In this document: one piece after another, positions 47,520 through 49,046 of the stretch
Numbering within the stretch: position 1 is the stretch's first letter
Layout: every line of letters starts with the position of its first letter
Assembly (NCBI GenBank): GCA_964414205.1
Contig: CAYPVP010000002.1
Location: 1-49,046, forward strand
Reading direction: 5' to 3'
Length of the DNA stretch: 49,046 nucleotides
Source of the DNA: an uncultured Bacteroidaceae bacterium
Lineage (GTDB): Bacteria; Bacillota; Clostridia; Christensenellales; CAG-917
Notes under the pieces: model-generated
The model's database searches: none
Told to the model about the DNA's origin: nothing
What the model saw: the letters and a program-made list of their open reading frames with translations, nothing else
Translations under genes and position numbers: made by a program

Positions 47520-47720
47520 TTTTTCTTCGTTACAACTACTTTGTTGTTTTTTCGTTACAACATATTAGTTGATTATGTTTCAACAATTTGTTGTTAATTG
47601 CCCAACTCATTGTTTTTGTTCAACTATTTGTTGTTAATTGCCCAACTATTTGTTGATTTATTCAACTATCTATTGTTTATTTTTCAAGTAATCGTTATTT
47701 TCATTCAACTAGTTGTTATC
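47520..47720 (-). repeat. Degenerate direct-repeat array repeating the stop-proximal sequence of sipW-like gene 2
   Basis: About 8 copies of the minus-strand motif AACAA(A)TAGTTG(A/G). A perfect 22-bp direct repeat atttgttgttaattgcccaact occurs at 47586..47607 and 47626..47647. ttcgttacaac occurs at 47526 and 47551. The palindrome caactagttg spans the TAG stop. Confidence 0.8.
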
Positions 47721-48608
47721 GTTGTTGTCTTCAAATGAATTATTTTCGTCTTGAATTGCAATGTCGTTGTTTTCAACTTCATCATGCAAAACACTTTCTT
47801 CTTGTTTTGTTTTTTCTGCTTGAAGTTTCAAAAGCAATTCCATTTTTTGTTCATCAGTCATTTGGTCAAGCGACAATGATGCGCCATTTGCGACTTCTTG
47901 TTGAAGTTTTGCTTTCATTTTTTCAGTTCTCAACTTGATGACTGAATTGACAAAGAAAGCAAGATAGACAACCAACAAAAGAATGAGTGGCAAAACAATT
48001 GCACACAAATAGGCTATTTTGTCATCTTGCAATGTCAAAATCAACTTTCCAACTTTTCCAACTCTGCCACCTTCCCAAACTGCAACAACATCATCAATGA
48101 CTCGATACTTGTCATCTCTGCCCGCAGTGTTGTCACCTCTTGTAAAATATCCAGTTATATATACTGGGGCTTTACCATCTTTGACTTCTTCGGGGTTGGT
48201 GAGCACAGTGTCAATTGAATCAATTCTGTGAGTGTTCAAAACCTTGTTATCGCCAATTTGTTGCCAAAAAGTGATGACAGTTCCAACTTTCAAGTCACTT
48301 CCGTCACCATCATAAAGTTTGGTGAAAATCAAATCATATTGATTGAATGCAGGTTCCATTGAGTCAGACCTAACTGGCATGATTGCCCAACCAAAAATGT
48401 TTGCAACACCTTTTCCATTTTTGTCCAATCTTGTGATTGAAGAAATGGACACTCCCAAAGTGGAAATGACAATGAAAACAGCCAACACAGTTCCCACAAT
48501 GGATAGTGCTTTGCGAACTTTCATTTGTTTTGCTGTCATTGGTTTTTTTTCTTTCTTTTGTTTTTTCAAAGTTTTTTCGTTGTTATTGTTCATAATCTCT
48601 CTCTTCAT
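47709..48608 (-). CDS. SipW-type (S26B) signal peptidase I, second paralog, with an extended charged C-terminal tail
   Basis: N-terminal TM (ALSIVGTVLAVFIVISTLGV), Ser block RSDSMEPAF, His block NTHRIDSI, RGDN, a C-terminal TM (YLCAIVLPLILLLVVYLAFFV), then a ~75-aa tail. The start is the ATG at 48608 or 48593. Confidence 0.85.
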   Translation of the reverse strand: MKREIMNNNNEKTLKKQKKEKKPMTAKQMKVRKALSIVGTVLAVFIVISTLGVSISSITRLDKNGKGVANIFGWAIMPVRSDSMEPAFNQYDLIFTKLYDGDGSDLKVGTVITFWQQIGDNKVLNTHRIDSIDTVLTNPEEVKDGKAPVYITGYFTRGDNTAGRDDKYRVIDDVVAVWEGGRVGKVGKLILTLQDDKIAYLCAIVLPLILLLVVYLAFFVNSVIKLRTEKMKAKLQQEVANGASLSLDQMTDEQKMELLLKLQAEKTKQEESVLHDEVENNDIAIQDENNSFEDNNDNN

Positions 48609-48844
48609 TCATAAATTTTGTCACAAGTCTAGCCATAGAATGTATAACTATTTTAGTTGAAAAAGCATTGAATGTCAATAGTGAAAGACATTCAAATAAT
48701 AAACAATTATCACAGGCAATATATTTGAATTTAGCATTTTGTTTTTGTTCAAATTTGAGTTTGTTTGCAAGCAAAAATTTGAGTGCAAATAGAAATCAAA
48801 AAATTATTTTGAGTGAATAAAAATTTTATGATTATGGGGTGTGG

Positions 48845-49046
48845 GGCTTGAACTTGGCTTGAACTTGGCTTGGCTTGGCTTGGCTTGTACTTGGCTTGTA
48901 CTTGGCTTGGCTTGTACTTGGCTTGTACTTGGCTTGTACTTGGCTTGGCTTGTACTTGGCTTGGCTTGTACTTGGCTTGGCTTGGCTTGTACTTGGCTTG
49001 TACTTGGCTTGTACTTGGCTTGTACTTGGCTTGTACTTGGCTTGTA
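48845..49046. repeat. Satellite built from 5-mer GGCTT and 11-mer GGCTTG(T/A)ACTT units, running to the window edge
   Basis: Direct reading gives ggcttgaactt x2, ggctt x3, then irregular alternation of ggcttgtactt and ggctt to position 49046. It is GC-richer than the flanks. Confidence 0.9.

Noticed and set aside
41912-48608. Calling the cluster a mobile genomic island or prophage remnant
   Set aside because: No integrase, transposase, tRNA target, phage structural gene or clear flanking direct repeat pair was seen. Only the accessory-like gene content and the repeat-rich spacers support an island, so I do not claim mobility.

Overview
The window is a low-GC chromosomal segment that looks like Bacillota (Firmicutes). 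It uses the standard genetic code: TGA acts as a stop, including in ATGA-type stop/start overlaps. About 46 protein-coding genes are supported, and roughly 85% of them are on the minus strand. I saw no rRNA, tRNA, CRISPR array, transposase or integrase. From 0 to 35 kb the content is mostly housekeeping: a lipid kinase, an AsnC regulator plus aminotransferase, cspA, a MATE pump, and an FMN riboswitch followed by ribU-tsaE(fused)-tsaB-rimI. This is followed by deoC-pdp, rsfS, nadD-yqeK(fused), obg, nfnAB, nth, glyA, trxA, hisS and the classic dprA-topA-trmFO-hslVU block with a comM-like gene. From 35 to 41.5 kb there are envelope and transport genes: a 995-aa Big_2/beta-helix surface protein, a BspA-type LRR lipoprotein and a GPH-family symporter with a long charged tail. 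The most unusual part is 41.9-48.6 kb, which holds four co-directional minus-strand genes. They are a SipW-type signal peptidase, a membrane-anchored McrB-family AAA+ NTPase, an 856-aa protein, and a second SipW-type peptidase. The 856-aa protein has an N-terminal domain reminiscent of McrC N-termini, no nuclease motif I can see, and about 550 aa of charged low-complexity and 22-aa E/K/R repeats. Every spacer of this cluster carries its own degenerate short direct-repeat array, and both sipW genes are followed by arrays that repeat their own stop-codon-proximal sequence. The window ends in a roughly 200-bp, GC-richer 5/11-mer satellite. All family calls come from motif recognition by eye in the supplied translations. 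No database search was run.
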